64,000 nucleotides of DNA from Promethearchaeota archaeon (GTDB lineage: Archaea > Asgardarchaeota > Lokiarchaeia > Sigyniarchaeales > SOKP01). Positions 1-9,762 of this stretch are shown one piece after another (within the stretch, counting starts at the first letter, position 1; each line of letters starts with the position of its first letter). Under the pieces are notes generated by a model that was not told where the DNA came from, ran no database searches, and worked only from the letters and a program-made list of their open reading frames with translations. Location: assembly GCA_019058365.1 (NCBI GenBank), contig JAHPZE010000006.1, forward strand, positions 1 through 64,000, in the 5' to 3' direction. A program made the translations under genes and the position numbers.

Positions 1-52
1 TATAAAAAGTCAATGTTCAATAGGATTTAGAGATCTACTTCCTTTGGTACTG

Positions 53-829
53 TTACTTTTCCCAAAAAAATAACGCAAGATCATTAAAATCTTTTGAATG
101 ATCAAAAATCGTCAAATGTCCAGCATCAGGCATGATAATTAACTCTGATTTGGGCAACCATTCATGTATCATTTCACTAGCCCAAACAGGAGTAGTAATA
201 TCTTTTTTACCAACTAATACTAAAACTGGAATGTTTAATGATTTTAAATTTTCACATATATTGAACCCTGCTGACGCTGCAGTGGCTCGAAGACAATCTG
301 TTTTAGTCATGTGATCAGTGACTAATTTAGCTACAAATTTAGCAGTGTTTTCATCAAATGGGCTTAATCCCCTTACACTAATCCCTCTAGCGAAATCTTC
401 AAGTTTACTACTATTAATACGACCTAAAATATCAGTAATAGCCTCTTGACTAATGAAGCAAAAGCTATCTGCTACAATCATCTTTTTCACACATGTTGGA
501 TTCTCTAATCCATACACAAGAGCTATCATACCTCCAAGAGAATGTCCAATTAAATAAAGATTTTCCGTCCAGTTAAGATGAGTGAGTAACATGTGTAAAT
601 CATCAACATAATTCCTAATAGTAAAGCGGTTTTTTGGTCTAGTTGTTCTTCCATGTCCCCGTAAATCATATCTTAATATATTAAATTTAGATCTAAAAAT
701 TTGTAATTGGTTCCTCCAGCAATCACTATTCAAGAATAATCCGTGAATTAATACCATTTTTGGTCCATTATCTACACCACTTATCTCATAGGCTATTTCA
801 AATCCTTTTTCTGGAGAAAATGATTGTAT
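53..829 (-). CDS. alpha/beta hydrolase (3-oxoadipate enol-lactonase-like)
   Basis: LIHG, YDLRGHG, GHSLGG nucleophile elbow, GKKD acid, AGH His. The ORF track starts at ATG 757, but the frame is open to ATA 829, just after GGTGA, and adds the expected N-terminal strands (GFEIAYEISG..GP). Confidence 0.9.
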   Translation of the reverse strand: MQSFSPEKGFEIAYEISGVDNGPKMVLIHGLFLNSDCWRNQLQIFRSKFNILRYDLRGHGRTTRPKNRFTIRNYVDDLHMLLTHLNWTENLYLIGHSLGGMIALVYGLENPTCVKKMIVADSFCFISQEAITDILGRINSSKLEDFARGISVRGLSPFDENTAKFVAKLVTDHMTKTDCLRATAASAGFNICENLKSLNIPVLVLVGKKDITTPVWASEMIHEWLPKSELIIMPDAGHLTIFDHSKDFNDLALFFWEK

Positions 830-1061
830 AACTTACTCACCTTTTGAAAGTTTAAATTCTTCTATATTATTTTCATTGATTAAATTAAATAGTCTAAATA
901 TAAATTATTTTTTAAATTATTCACATTTCATTAGAGATTTAAATAAAATTAATTAAAATGTAAAAATTAGCTATTAAGAAATATTTATATAAATGAGAAA
1001 TAAATACTATCATACAAATTTCTATTTTAAATAAAAATCATACAAATAAGTGAAATTTAAA

Positions 1062-1862
1062 ATGAAAAAATCCAGATATGGCTTAATTGGCGCTGTATTA
1101 ATATTAGCGATGATGTTAGGTCAAATTACATCTGTTAGAGGCACTACATATACTTGTGCGGGTTCAGTTGGTGCGGAAGCAATTTGGAGGGTAAAAACTG
1201 TTCATGAAGGTTCATTAACAGCAATTTTTGGAGCATCGTGGAAAACTTCAATTCAAAATTCTTTTGGACCCGGCTCTCAAGAATTGGGTGCCAGATTGAA
1301 AACAAAAGTAACACATATAAATTCGAGTCAGAATGTAATAGGTTTTGAAACCTGTAATATTACTTCTGATTTATGGACTTGGACTACAAAGTCATTTGGT
1401 CCTACTCCTAATGTAACAGGGGTTCCTACATATATTTTATTACACCCGAAAAATTTAACCTTTTACTGTCAATTCTATTCTGGCTATACAAAGAATGTTT
1501 CTGAGGCATTCGCATATCCTTTTTTAAATGCGCTTCCAATTCCCGCGGCAACATATTTATCTGAGCTTATATGGGATAATGATTATGTAATTTCTGGAAC
1601 AACAGTTACTCATAATCTTGTAGCACCTTATGTTGGTCTTGTACTCTATCTAGTTAATTGTACTGAAACTTGGAGATATTCAAGTTCATATGGAACATTT
1701 TTGGGATATAAACTAGTACACAATAATGGAACGACTGCTTATGAGACAGTATTAGAAACACCTTCTGCTGCAATCCCTGGTTTTGAACTTTCAATAGTAA
1801 TAGGCGCTTCTATGGGGATTGTGATAAGTTTAATTTTCGTCGTCATGAAAAAGAAACGATAA
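1062..1862 (+). CDS. secreted/cell-surface protein with IPGF-TM-basic C-terminal sorting signal (Loki-CTERM/PGF-CTERM-like)
   Basis: N-terminal signal peptide, many N-x-S/T sequons, C-terminus IPGFELSIVIGASMGIVISLIFVVMKKKR. GTGA at 1050 read as the RBS for ATG 1062. Confidence 0.8.
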   Translation: MKKSRYGLIGAVLILAMMLGQITSVRGTTYTCAGSVGAEAIWRVKTVHEGSLTAIFGASWKTSIQNSFGPGSQELGARLKTKVTHINSSQNVIGFETCNITSDLWTWTTKSFGPTPNVTGVPTYILLHPKNLTFYCQFYSGYTKNVSEAFAYPFLNALPIPAATYLSELIWDNDYVISGTTVTHNLVAPYVGLVLYLVNCTETWRYSSSYGTFLGYKLVHNNGTTAYETVLETPSAAIPGFELSIVIGASMGIVISLIFVVMKKKR

Positions 1863-1863
1863 T

Positions 1864-1890
1864 ATAACCTCTAAAATAACCTCTAAAATA
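1864..1890. repeat. 12-bp tandem duplication (ATAACCTCTAAA x2) followed by a T-tract
   Basis: ataacctctaaa-ataacctctaaa-ata directly after the stop codon. Confidence 0.6.
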
Positions 1891-2011
1891 ATTTTTTTTT
1901 ATTTAATCTTCAACTCTTACTCTTACTTTTTAATAAACATTTTTAAGTACAAATTTAATAGTTTTTGTACCTTATCATAACAATACTAAATAGATATTGG
2001 AGTTTTGAAAA

Positions 2012-2530
2012 ATGAGTAGTGGAAATGAAGTTGGTGAAAAAAAATCATTAGGTTTTGAACAAGGAAGCATTAGTCTTAGAATTGCTTTAATAGCTATTAC
2101 CGCAGCATTATATACTGCTTTAGGTTATATTTTCCATCCTATAAGTTTTTTAGTATTTCAATTCCGTGTAGCTGAACTAATAGTAGGGATGTGTATCATT
2201 TTCCCATTTGAAGGATTAGTTGGTAATGTTTTAGGAGTATTTTTTGTTAATTTGACTTCAACTTTAGGTCCCATTGATTTAATTAGTTGTTTTGTAAATA
2301 TACCAGCATTATATTGTATTATCTTTTTTAAGGATAAAGGTTATTTAAAATATTTAGGTGGTCTATTATATGCTATTATTATCTCACTATATGTAGCAAT
2401 AATTTTATATATTGTTTTTAGTTCGCCTATTTGGATAAACTTTCTTTATGTTCTAATTCCAGAGGTAATTTTAGCAACAATTGGGATAACTTTATTTGAG
2501 ATTGTTAAAAGTAGATTTAAAATAGAGTAA
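2012..2530 (+). CDS. QueT-family transporter (queuosine/archaeosine precursor uptake, ECF S-component-like)
   Basis: IALIAITAALYTAL...PISF..FQFRVAE signature, about 5 TM helices. Confidence 0.8.
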   Translation: MSSGNEVGEKKSLGFEQGSISLRIALIAITAALYTALGYIFHPISFLVFQFRVAELIVGMCIIFPFEGLVGNVLGVFFVNLTSTLGPIDLISCFVNIPALYCIIFFKDKGYLKYLGGLLYAIIISLYVAIILYIVFSSPIWINFLYVLIPEVILATIGITLFEIVKSRFKIE

Positions 2531-2633
2531 AATATAATTTTAATTTTTAAGCATAAGTATTTTTTATAAAATTTCCATTTGAATGAGAAAATTGTTATCA
2601 AACTGAAGAGTTCTCAAATGTGATTTAGTGATT

Positions 2634-2759
2634 ATGAAGTATATTTTGATAAAATTATGGAAAAAATTCAATTCGCAATCACGAAAACCCAAGTATATTA
2701 CTGAGAAAGATTTAGAAGATATTATTACTAAGACAATCGGTTCTCAAACTAATAAATAA
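2634..2759 (+). CDS. possible 41-aa small protein
   Basis: ATG..TAA frame MKYILIKLWKKFNSQSRKPKYITEKDLEDIITKTIGSQTNK with GTGA just upstream; not in the ORF track. Confidence 0.35.
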   Translation: MKYILIKLWKKFNSQSRKPKYITEKDLEDIITKTIGSQTNK

Positions 2760-2906
2760 ATTTTAGGGGAGAATCCATAAATAAAATATATTTCTTCACC
2801 AGTTTCTAGAGCAGTAGAAACCTTAGTTTTAAAAATTAGTTCCATTATATTATAGTTAACTAAACTTTCAAATTCTTATTGAATATATCATAGGGGATGG
2901 TTATAT

Positions 2907-5900
2907 ATGAGAAATTTATTAAAAACTAAATCATCATCAATAATTTTATTGATGCTATTGAATGCAATTACTGGTTTATATCTCGTTTATTTAAATAATT
3001 CTGATAAATCGGATGCTGTCAATCTTTCTGAAACAATTGCAATATCTCCTATAGATATTTTGACAGCTGCTCAACCAAATCCCCAAAATCAAATATTTGG
3101 AAGTATTGAAAACCGTAATGGTAAAATTTTTACTAACATCACTCATACTGATCAATTTTGCTACATCAATAGGTACCAACCAAGTTTAGATAATCAGCCA
3201 AATTTATTCCTTCAAAATTGGAATATTACTCATGCTAAAATGGTTTTTGAAAATATAACAGCAGTTAATTATACGCGAAATATTGAGACCGAACCAACAG
3301 AATTTATCATGAGTTATTCTGAAACTGATCCAATCTACGTATACCAGAAATTTGCGATTGAAACGGATCAGTATACCAATAATGTAAGCATCTTTATCCA
3401 AGATGTTATTGATGAGGATTATTATTCAGATGAGAATTCATGGGAGGTATCTATAGTAAATTGTTCAAATGACCCTCTTGGTACACCCAACTCAAATCAA
3501 ACGTTAGGTACACTAAAAAAACCTCACCCTATTGACATGGTTGCACACTGGGAAGTTTTTAACTTTAAAGGATCAGACATTGGGCCAATATTCTTAAATA
3601 AATCGAAAACAAATTGGACAACAGTAGATGGAATTATGAAATATTGGTTTGCAATTAAAATTAAAATACCTCCAAATGATTTGCGAACTGGCGGTGGACC
3701 CAAATTCCTTTATTTAAATCCTGACGGCGGTGTCTCTAATGAAATAGGAGAGGGAGAAACATTTTCTCAATCTCCTCAGTTCATAAATTTAAACCACTTT
3801 ACTGAACATGTAGTAGAAAACTCAACATTGCTAGGTAATCATTTTGATGGAAATATCATTTCTTTCAGATATTTCGATGAAGATAGATTTAGGGTCAATA
3901 GTACATCATATCTTCTAGCACAAAGAATTTATTTAACAGTTAGATTTGAAATTGATAATTTAACAAACCCAGAATACACTTGGGATGATTTGAAGTATAT
4001 AAGAATGACAGAACCATTGGAATGGAAAAATATATTAAATAGTATAGTTTTTAGTATGAATTTCTCAGTCGTTTCAAATATCAGTGATAATAATCTAGTT
4101 GATAAAGCAAGAATATCACTCTATAATCCATTTACTTCTAAATTTGATTCAATTGATCGCTCTCCAATAAATCTTACTCATCAATATGAGATTTTACAAT
4201 ATTATGCTGCTATAGATCCGGAAGAAAAACTGTTTTTTATCCAACATATGAACACATCAGTGAATGGGAATAATTCACTGACATTTAGGTTTGAATATGA
4301 TGGATCTATTCTCCTTACTGATCCATTTAATATTTCAATAAATTTAGCTAATATTGAGATTGGAGAAATAGAGACGATAAAAACGATTCAAAAATATGAT
4401 CCAATCGTTCATGATTTACATTATTGCAATAATGTGACTCTATTGAATAGTACTTTTAATACTCCCAATAATGAGATAATTGAATCTCTTAAGGAAAATG
4501 ATGATAAATTTTTGGAAATTCTGGGAGATTCAGGTTCAAATACTACAATTATAGATTTTAAGTTTAATGTATTAACAAATTTAGATAGCTCATTATGGGA
4601 TGTGGATGATCCGATTGAGTGGATATTTAATTTACCTAATCCCAGAATATATCAAATTGATTTTCGAATTAGCTCTAATGTTAGTATTCAAGATTCCTTA
4701 AATCTAACACATGCGATGTTAGAAATATATAATAGTGGAGATTTTGCTCCATTTAATGGAATTGAATGGATTCAATTTTCTGATAATAAAACTTTTGCTG
4801 ATATTGGCGAAAATACTAAAATCCTTCCTTTTGATTCCTACTATTCTTGGTATATAATGCATTTAATTAATGAAAGTGATGGTAATTCCCTTAGAGTAAG
4901 ACTTCGATTTATAGGAAATGGTACGTTTACCCGAATAAATGTCTCTATTGATGAATTTACTTTAAACTTTCATATTCAGAATGCAATTTCTTCAGATATA
5001 ACCTCCAAAATTGGATTTGGATTAAATAGTAACTCATTAAAACCTTCTGACATTCATTTAAAAAATTTTGGTACATATTTATCTGATAATGGATTATGGG
5101 AAATTGACATACATGATGGGCTTCCTATTCAAGGATTTTATTATTTCAATGTAACGTCTATTTGGCCAGAAGTTATATTTGATGTTAGTGGAATGTATAC
5201 AATAGAAAAGCATCAATATCTTGATTGGGATTATAACTTAGATTTTAATCTTCTAAAAATTCTTTGGAATGTAAGTTCTGACATAACTTATTATGAATTT
5301 TATAGTAATTTAGAAAATAGCCAAGGTTTAAAATTTAATGTCCCTTCAGATTGGGAATTAATGGAAATTTATAATTGTTCAGTCTCACCTCCTAATCCTA
5401 ATGGAGAGTGGTATTCAACGACTCAATCTGTTGATCCTTTTAAAATTATAACTATATATAATATTTCAGACGGAATTTGGAAGATTGGAATGAATTCATC
5501 AAAAATTCCTTTGTTATTTAGTGTTAATTCAACCAATGCATATATTGATAAAATGATTAATATTGATATTGATATTCAAGACATCTACGGAGGAGACATA
5601 TATTTTGAAATTTATAACACAGACTCGGAAATTATATATAGTGAAAGTAACAAACTTAATGAAACCGCTTTTGAAAATTCAGTTTCATACAATTGGGATA
5701 TTTTTTCAACCACAAAAATACCAGGAACATATTATTTAAAAGCCTATTGGATCTTATATAACGAGACTCATGCGTTTCTTGCATTAAATACTACAGAAGT
5801 AATTGTATCTAAATATACTGTAAATCTAGAAATTTTAAATATTGCTGAATTCTCTAGGTCTTATCTCTATGGTAGTGCCATTCTAATTGAAGGAAGACTA

Positions 5901-6920
5901 ACTAATAATGATACTGGAACTGTTATTGAAAGAGAACCGATTATTACCGAAATCTATGATAATAATTTAAATTTAATCGAGACCAAAAGTGATATTACTA
6001 ACAATGAAGGAATAATTCAAATTGAATATACTTTACCGACAGGTTATAGCAAAATTTCAGTTAAATTAGTATATAATGCTTCTGATACATATTATTCTTT
6101 TGGGGAGAGTGAACACACTCTTGAAATTAACCTAATTTCTCAAGCAGAATATTATCTTAATATTTTTCTAAACTTTCTACCATACATTGTAGCAGTTTTG
6201 GTAATATCAATAACTACAATTGTTGTAGTTAAGTATAGAAAAAGTAAATTGAGAAAATTTTGGGCTGGAGAGGCAAAGATTTTGGATGATTTATTAAATA
6301 TTTCTTATATAATGATTATACATAAAGATGTTGGTGTTTCAATTTACAATAAGCAAATATCTTTAGAGGGTATTGATTCTGATCTAATATCTGGGTTTTT
6401 ACAAGCAATTTCCCAGTTTAGAAGTGAGTTTAAAAAAGGTACCAGTGATACTAAAGATAAGGGTTTTGAAATGGATTACGGCGACTTTAAAATTGTAATT
6501 GTAGATGGAGATTATGTTCGGGTAGCTTTAATTTTAGATGGTACTCCTTCTGAAAAATTAAAAGAAAGCCAATGGTTATTCACAGAAGGGTTTGAGAGGA
6601 GGTATAGCACATTATTAACAGATTTTGCAGGTGAAATCACTCCATTTAGAGAAGCAGATGATTTAATTGAGAGACATTTCAATGTTAGTCTAGTCTATCC
6701 ACTTCAACTAGGAAAACATTATGGAGTCATTAAAGTAAAGGGTTTAGAGAAAGCTCTTATAGAAGTTGCTGAACAAATTCAGAAAGAGCGTAATATTTTC
6801 TTTGTTTCAAGTCTTTTAAATTTCGCTTTAGCTGGAAGAAAAGCCACAAGGGATGAAATAATAAGTACCATAATAGAGATGAAAAGAAAAGGGCTTATAA
6901 TTCAAGCAGAAGTAGTATAA
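2907..6920 (+). CDS. large membrane protein: glycosylated ectodomain + TM + cytoplasmic longin-like domain + winged helix
   Basis: N-terminal hydrophobic segment; about 1050-aa sequon-rich beta region; TM (PYIVAVLVISITTIVVV-KYRK); IMIIHKDVGVSIY..DSDLISGFLQAISQF..FKIVIVDGDYVRVALIL longin pattern; C-terminal RDEIISTIIEMKRKGLI. Confidence 0.75.
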   Translation: MRNLLKTKSSSIILLMLLNAITGLYLVYLNNSDKSDAVNLSETIAISPIDILTAAQPNPQNQIFGSIENRNGKIFTNITHTDQFCYINRYQPSLDNQPNLFLQNWNITHAKMVFENITAVNYTRNIETEPTEFIMSYSETDPIYVYQKFAIETDQYTNNVSIFIQDVIDEDYYSDENSWEVSIVNCSNDPLGTPNSNQTLGTLKKPHPIDMVAHWEVFNFKGSDIGPIFLNKSKTNWTTVDGIMKYWFAIKIKIPPNDLRTGGGPKFLYLNPDGGVSNEIGEGETFSQSPQFINLNHFTEHVVENSTLLGNHFDGNIISFRYFDEDRFRVNSTSYLLAQRIYLTVRFEIDNLTNPEYTWDDLKYIRMTEPLEWKNILNSIVFSMNFSVVSNISDNNLVDKARISLYNPFTSKFDSIDRSPINLTHQYEILQYYAAIDPEEKLFFIQHMNTSVNGNNSLTFRFEYDGSILLTDPFNISINLANIEIGEIETIKTIQKYDPIVHDLHYCNNVTLLNSTFNTPNNEIIESLKENDDKFLEILGDSGSNTTIIDFKFNVLTNLDSSLWDVDDPIEWIFNLPNPRIYQIDFRISSNVSIQDSLNLTHAMLEIYNSGDFAPFNGIEWIQFSDNKTFADIGENTKILPFDSYYSWYIMHLINESDGNSLRVRLRFIGNGTFTRINVSIDEFTLNFHIQNAISSDITSKIGFGLNSNSLKPSDIHLKNFGTYLSDNGLWEIDIHDGLPIQGFYYFNVTSIWPEVIFDVSGMYTIEKHQYLDWDYNLDFNLLKILWNVSSDITYYEFYSNLENSQGLKFNVPSDWELMEIYNCSVSPPNPNGEWYSTTQSVDPFKIITIYNISDGIWKIGMNSSKIPLLFSVNSTNAYIDKMINIDIDIQDIYGGDIYFEIYNTDSEIIYSESNKLNETAFENSVSYNWDIFSTTKIPGTYYLKAYWILYNETHAFLALNTTEVIVSKYTVNLEILNIAEFSRSYLYGSAILIEGRLTNNDTGTVIEREPIITEIYDNNLNLIETKSDITNNEGIIQIEYTLPTGYSKISVKLVYNASDTYYSFGESEHTLEINLISQAEYYLNIFLNFLPYIVAVLVISITTIVVVKYRKSKLRKFWAGEAKILDDLLNISYIMIIHKDVGVSIYNKQISLEGIDSDLISGFLQAISQFRSEFKKGTSDTKDKGFEMDYGDFKIVIVDGDYVRVALILDGTPSEKLKESQWLFTEGFERRYSTLLTDFAGEITPFREADDLIERHFNVSLVYPLQLGKHYGVIKVKGLEKALIEVAEQIQKERNIFFVSSLLNFALAGRKATRDEIISTIIEMKRKGLIIQAEVV

Positions 6921-7037
6921 TTTATAAAATAAACATCAATATTTTTTTTTCTTTTTGAATTATACTTTAATAACTTTTATAAAATTTGCAAAAGGGAATT
7001 TTAAATTATAGAGAACGATATTCACACTACTCTCAAA

Positions 7038-8306
7038 TTGATCTCAAGATTTATCAGAAGGGATACCGACATTTTACCCGATCCATTACGTAAAAATATT
7101 ACGGTTATTCATTATTATAATGAGATCATTCGATTTTGGAATAAAATAAATTTTATTATCAAGAAAACTCTTGGGGGCTCTAATTCTCTTGATAGTGTTA
7201 AATTACCCAAATATTTATATGCTACTTATAGAATGTTATGGGAACATGCTTCTGAGAAGAAAATCATTAATGAGTTAAAAGAGATTAATGAAGAATTTTT
7301 GAAAAAAATTAAGATATTTTCATGGAAAAAAGCTCTTATTAATAAAGTGGAAAAAGAAAAGCTTAGTATTTTAGAAGCAATCCCTAGTTTTATGATTGAA
7401 CATCTTCTTCCTGTTATGAGCATTAATTTTCTTAAAAGTAATATTCAATTTATGAATGGTTTACAACGTACAGTTGAAATTACTATACGTATTAACAATC
7501 TTTGTAGTAAAGAAAATTCTGAGAATTTATTCACAAAAATTAAAGAGAATCTTAAAAAGAATGGAATAAATTATCGCAAGGATCTTAACCTTCCAGATCT
7601 ATTTTGGATACCCCGCTCACAAAAGAGTAGAGTCATTAGAAGTTCTTATTACCAAAATGGAAATTTAATTTTGCAAGATAAAGCATCAGCAGCAGTTATC
7701 CAAGCATTAGCACCTAAAAAAGAAGATAAAGTATGTGATATGTGTGCTGCTCCCGGAATAAAAACAAGTTTTATTGCTCAATATATGAATAATAAAGGAC
7801 ATATTATAGCGGGTGAATTTCTTACTGAAAGAGTAAATATGATGGTGTTGTTACTTAAGCAATTAAACGTTTTAAATGTCCACATACTAAATACCGATAG
7901 CATTATTTTTCCCATCCGATTTCAGAATTATTTTGATTGCATTTTATTAGATGCTCCTTGTACGGGATCAGGAGCCCTCTTAGTCAGCCCAGAATTAAAA
8001 TGGCGGCAAAATCAAGGATTTCTACATCAAAATATTATTGTACAAAAGAAATTAATCGAGAATGCGATAAAAATGTTAAGACCTGGCGGGATTTTAGTAT
8101 ATTCTACGTGTAGCCTTTATGCAGAGGAGGGAGAAAACCAAATTTTAGATTTTATAGATAATTTAGAACCTTTAGATTTACCTAATTGGCTTTCTCCTAG
8201 TTATAAAGTCGAGGATAATACAATACCTGGTACAGGGAGATTATTTCCATCACTACATCATACTCAAGGTTTTTTTATAGGAAAGTTCAAAAAAAAGGAA
8301 ATATGA
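7038..8306 (+). CDS. RsmB/NOP2/NSUN-family RNA m5C methyltransferase
   Basis: LQDKASA, DMCAAPGIKT, ILLDAPCTGSG, LVYSTCS, EEGE, QGFFI motifs. Confidence 0.95.
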   Translation: MISRFIRRDTDILPDPLRKNITVIHYYNEIIRFWNKINFIIKKTLGGSNSLDSVKLPKYLYATYRMLWEHASEKKIINELKEINEEFLKKIKIFSWKKALINKVEKEKLSILEAIPSFMIEHLLPVMSINFLKSNIQFMNGLQRTVEITIRINNLCSKENSENLFTKIKENLKKNGINYRKDLNLPDLFWIPRSQKSRVIRSSYYQNGNLILQDKASAAVIQALAPKKEDKVCDMCAAPGIKTSFIAQYMNNKGHIIAGEFLTERVNMMVLLLKQLNVLNVHILNTDSIIFPIRFQNYFDCILLDAPCTGSGALLVSPELKWRQNQGFLHQNIIVQKKLIENAIKMLRPGGILVYSTCSLYAEEGENQILDFIDNLEPLDLPNWLSPSYKVEDNTIPGTGRLFPSLHHTQGFFIGKFKKKEI

Positions 8307-8339
8307 CAATATTCATTCTAATTATTAATAGAATTAGAA

Positions 8340-9167
8340 GTGTTTATGATGGATGATACACCAAGAAAATATATGACAATTGGTGAAATAGATGCAACCG
8401 GGGTAAGGGGTCCTCACGAAAAAGAATTAGCGGATATTAGTAAGGCAAAACATCACTTATTTATTAATTTAGAAATGAATAAGTTAAAAGAGATTGTAGA
8501 GGAAGATATTGGAGGAAAAATAGAAAACATAGGTTTTAATGAAGATTGGACAATAACTATTGAAATGTTTCCAGAAGTAAATATTCACATAGCTTATTCG
8601 TATTTTGGAGATGAATTTGATGATGGAATTGAAGCCGAATTCAAATTTTTCTTTTCAGGCAAGCGAGTTTTTTGGGTACCCGGAGAAGATAGCGCAACTT
8701 TTATCGATATTATTATGGATTTCATCGAAAGAAAAATAAAGGGACAAGAACCTTATGAAAAAAAGTATGAGGAAAAAACAGATTTAATGGAAAAAGTTTT
8801 ACTACAAAGAAGAGAACCATTTAGTTTTCTTAAAGATGTTGATAGAGAGGGTTTAGCTACGTTTCTTGGTGCAAACGTATGGAAAACAGAAAGAGGATGG
8901 AGAATAAAAAAAGAATTTTTCCCAGAAATTTTCTTAGAAATTATTTGGGACGCACAGAATTATTTAGATATCAAATTTTCAGGCACTAACCTCCCAAAAA
9001 ATATAGATAGTTATCATGTGGAATTAGTAGGTATCTTTTTGATCAATCATATACTTAGGTTTATTACCGTAAGTAATATTGATAAAAAGCTTCCTGACAT
9101 TTGCTATATAATGTTCTCACGCTACTATACAAAGAATATTGGAAAATGGAATCATAAAGTAAGATGA
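8340..9167 (+). CDS. tandem DUF3786-like domain protein
   Basis: two internal repeats (WTITIEMFPEVNIHIAY / WRIKKEFFPEIFLEIIW) with GDEF and EDSA motifs. Confidence 0.6.
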   Translation: MFMMDDTPRKYMTIGEIDATGVRGPHEKELADISKAKHHLFINLEMNKLKEIVEEDIGGKIENIGFNEDWTITIEMFPEVNIHIAYSYFGDEFDDGIEAEFKFFFSGKRVFWVPGEDSATFIDIIMDFIERKIKGQEPYEKKYEEKTDLMEKVLLQRREPFSFLKDVDREGLATFLGANVWKTERGWRIKKEFFPEIFLEIIWDAQNYLDIKFSGTNLPKNIDSYHVELVGIFLINHILRFITVSNIDKKLPDICYIMFSRYYTKNIGKWNHKVR

Positions 9168-9198
9168 ATCTAAAAAAAGATATGATTGAAAAAATAAA

Positions 9199-9762
9199 TT
9201 AAATAGCAGTCCAAAGTATTGATCTTCCTTTTTTAGCCGCTCGTTTAATTATTTTAGAATTTTCTAAATCACTCATTACTTTCCAAATTTGTGAATTACT
9301 TAGTTTAAAGTACCTTCTTAATTCCGGCGTCGTCATTTGAGTACCACTCAATAAATTTGGGATTATTCTTATTATTTCTTCAATAGTATCCTCGTCAGAG
9401 TCTACAGTAGTTTTTTCTTCATCATCTTCATCATTTGATTCCATTTCCGTGATTATACGTGAAGCAATTTTATTTAACTGATTAATATTGTTATCCACAT
9501 TCTGAGGCTTCATAAAAAGACAACAAAGTTCTAAATCTCTTGGAAAAGCAACAATATAAAATTCATCATATAGGATTGCTCGTGGTTTTTTAACAGAATT
9601 ATTTCCACCACGAAAAGCTAAATAAAAATTCATAGCAAAATCATTTAAATTTACACTATTATTTATTTTTGAAAATTCTTTTTTCCATTTAAGAAAGGGA
9701 CCATCTATCATATCGAAACCGATTAAGGCGGCTCCAAACATTTCACTTTCGGTAAAATTCAA
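9199..9762 (-). CDS. longin/uDENN-like domain fused to a C-terminal winged-helix HTH
   Basis: N-terminal LIGFDMIDGP (FDxxxGP uDENN-type strand-turn), acidic linker, MTTPELRRYFKLSNSQIWKVMSDLENSKII wHTH; start overlaps the GTPase stop. Confidence 0.6.
   Translation of the reverse strand: MNFTESEMFGAALIGFDMIDGPFLKWKKEFSKINNSVNLNDFAMNFYLAFRGGNNSVKKPRAILYDEFYIVAFPRDLELCCLFMKPQNVDNNINQLNKIASRIITEMESNDEDDEEKTTVDSDEDTIEEIIRIIPNLLSGTQMTTPELRRYFKLSNSQIWKVMSDLENSKIIKRAAKKGRSILWTAI

Noticed and set aside
1864-1975. CCTCTAAAATAA repeats upstream of the QueT gene resemble the 3' half of a preQ1-I riboswitch
   Set aside because: There is no complementary 5' AGAGG stem or conserved loop, and the repeat sits in the upstream gene's terminator region
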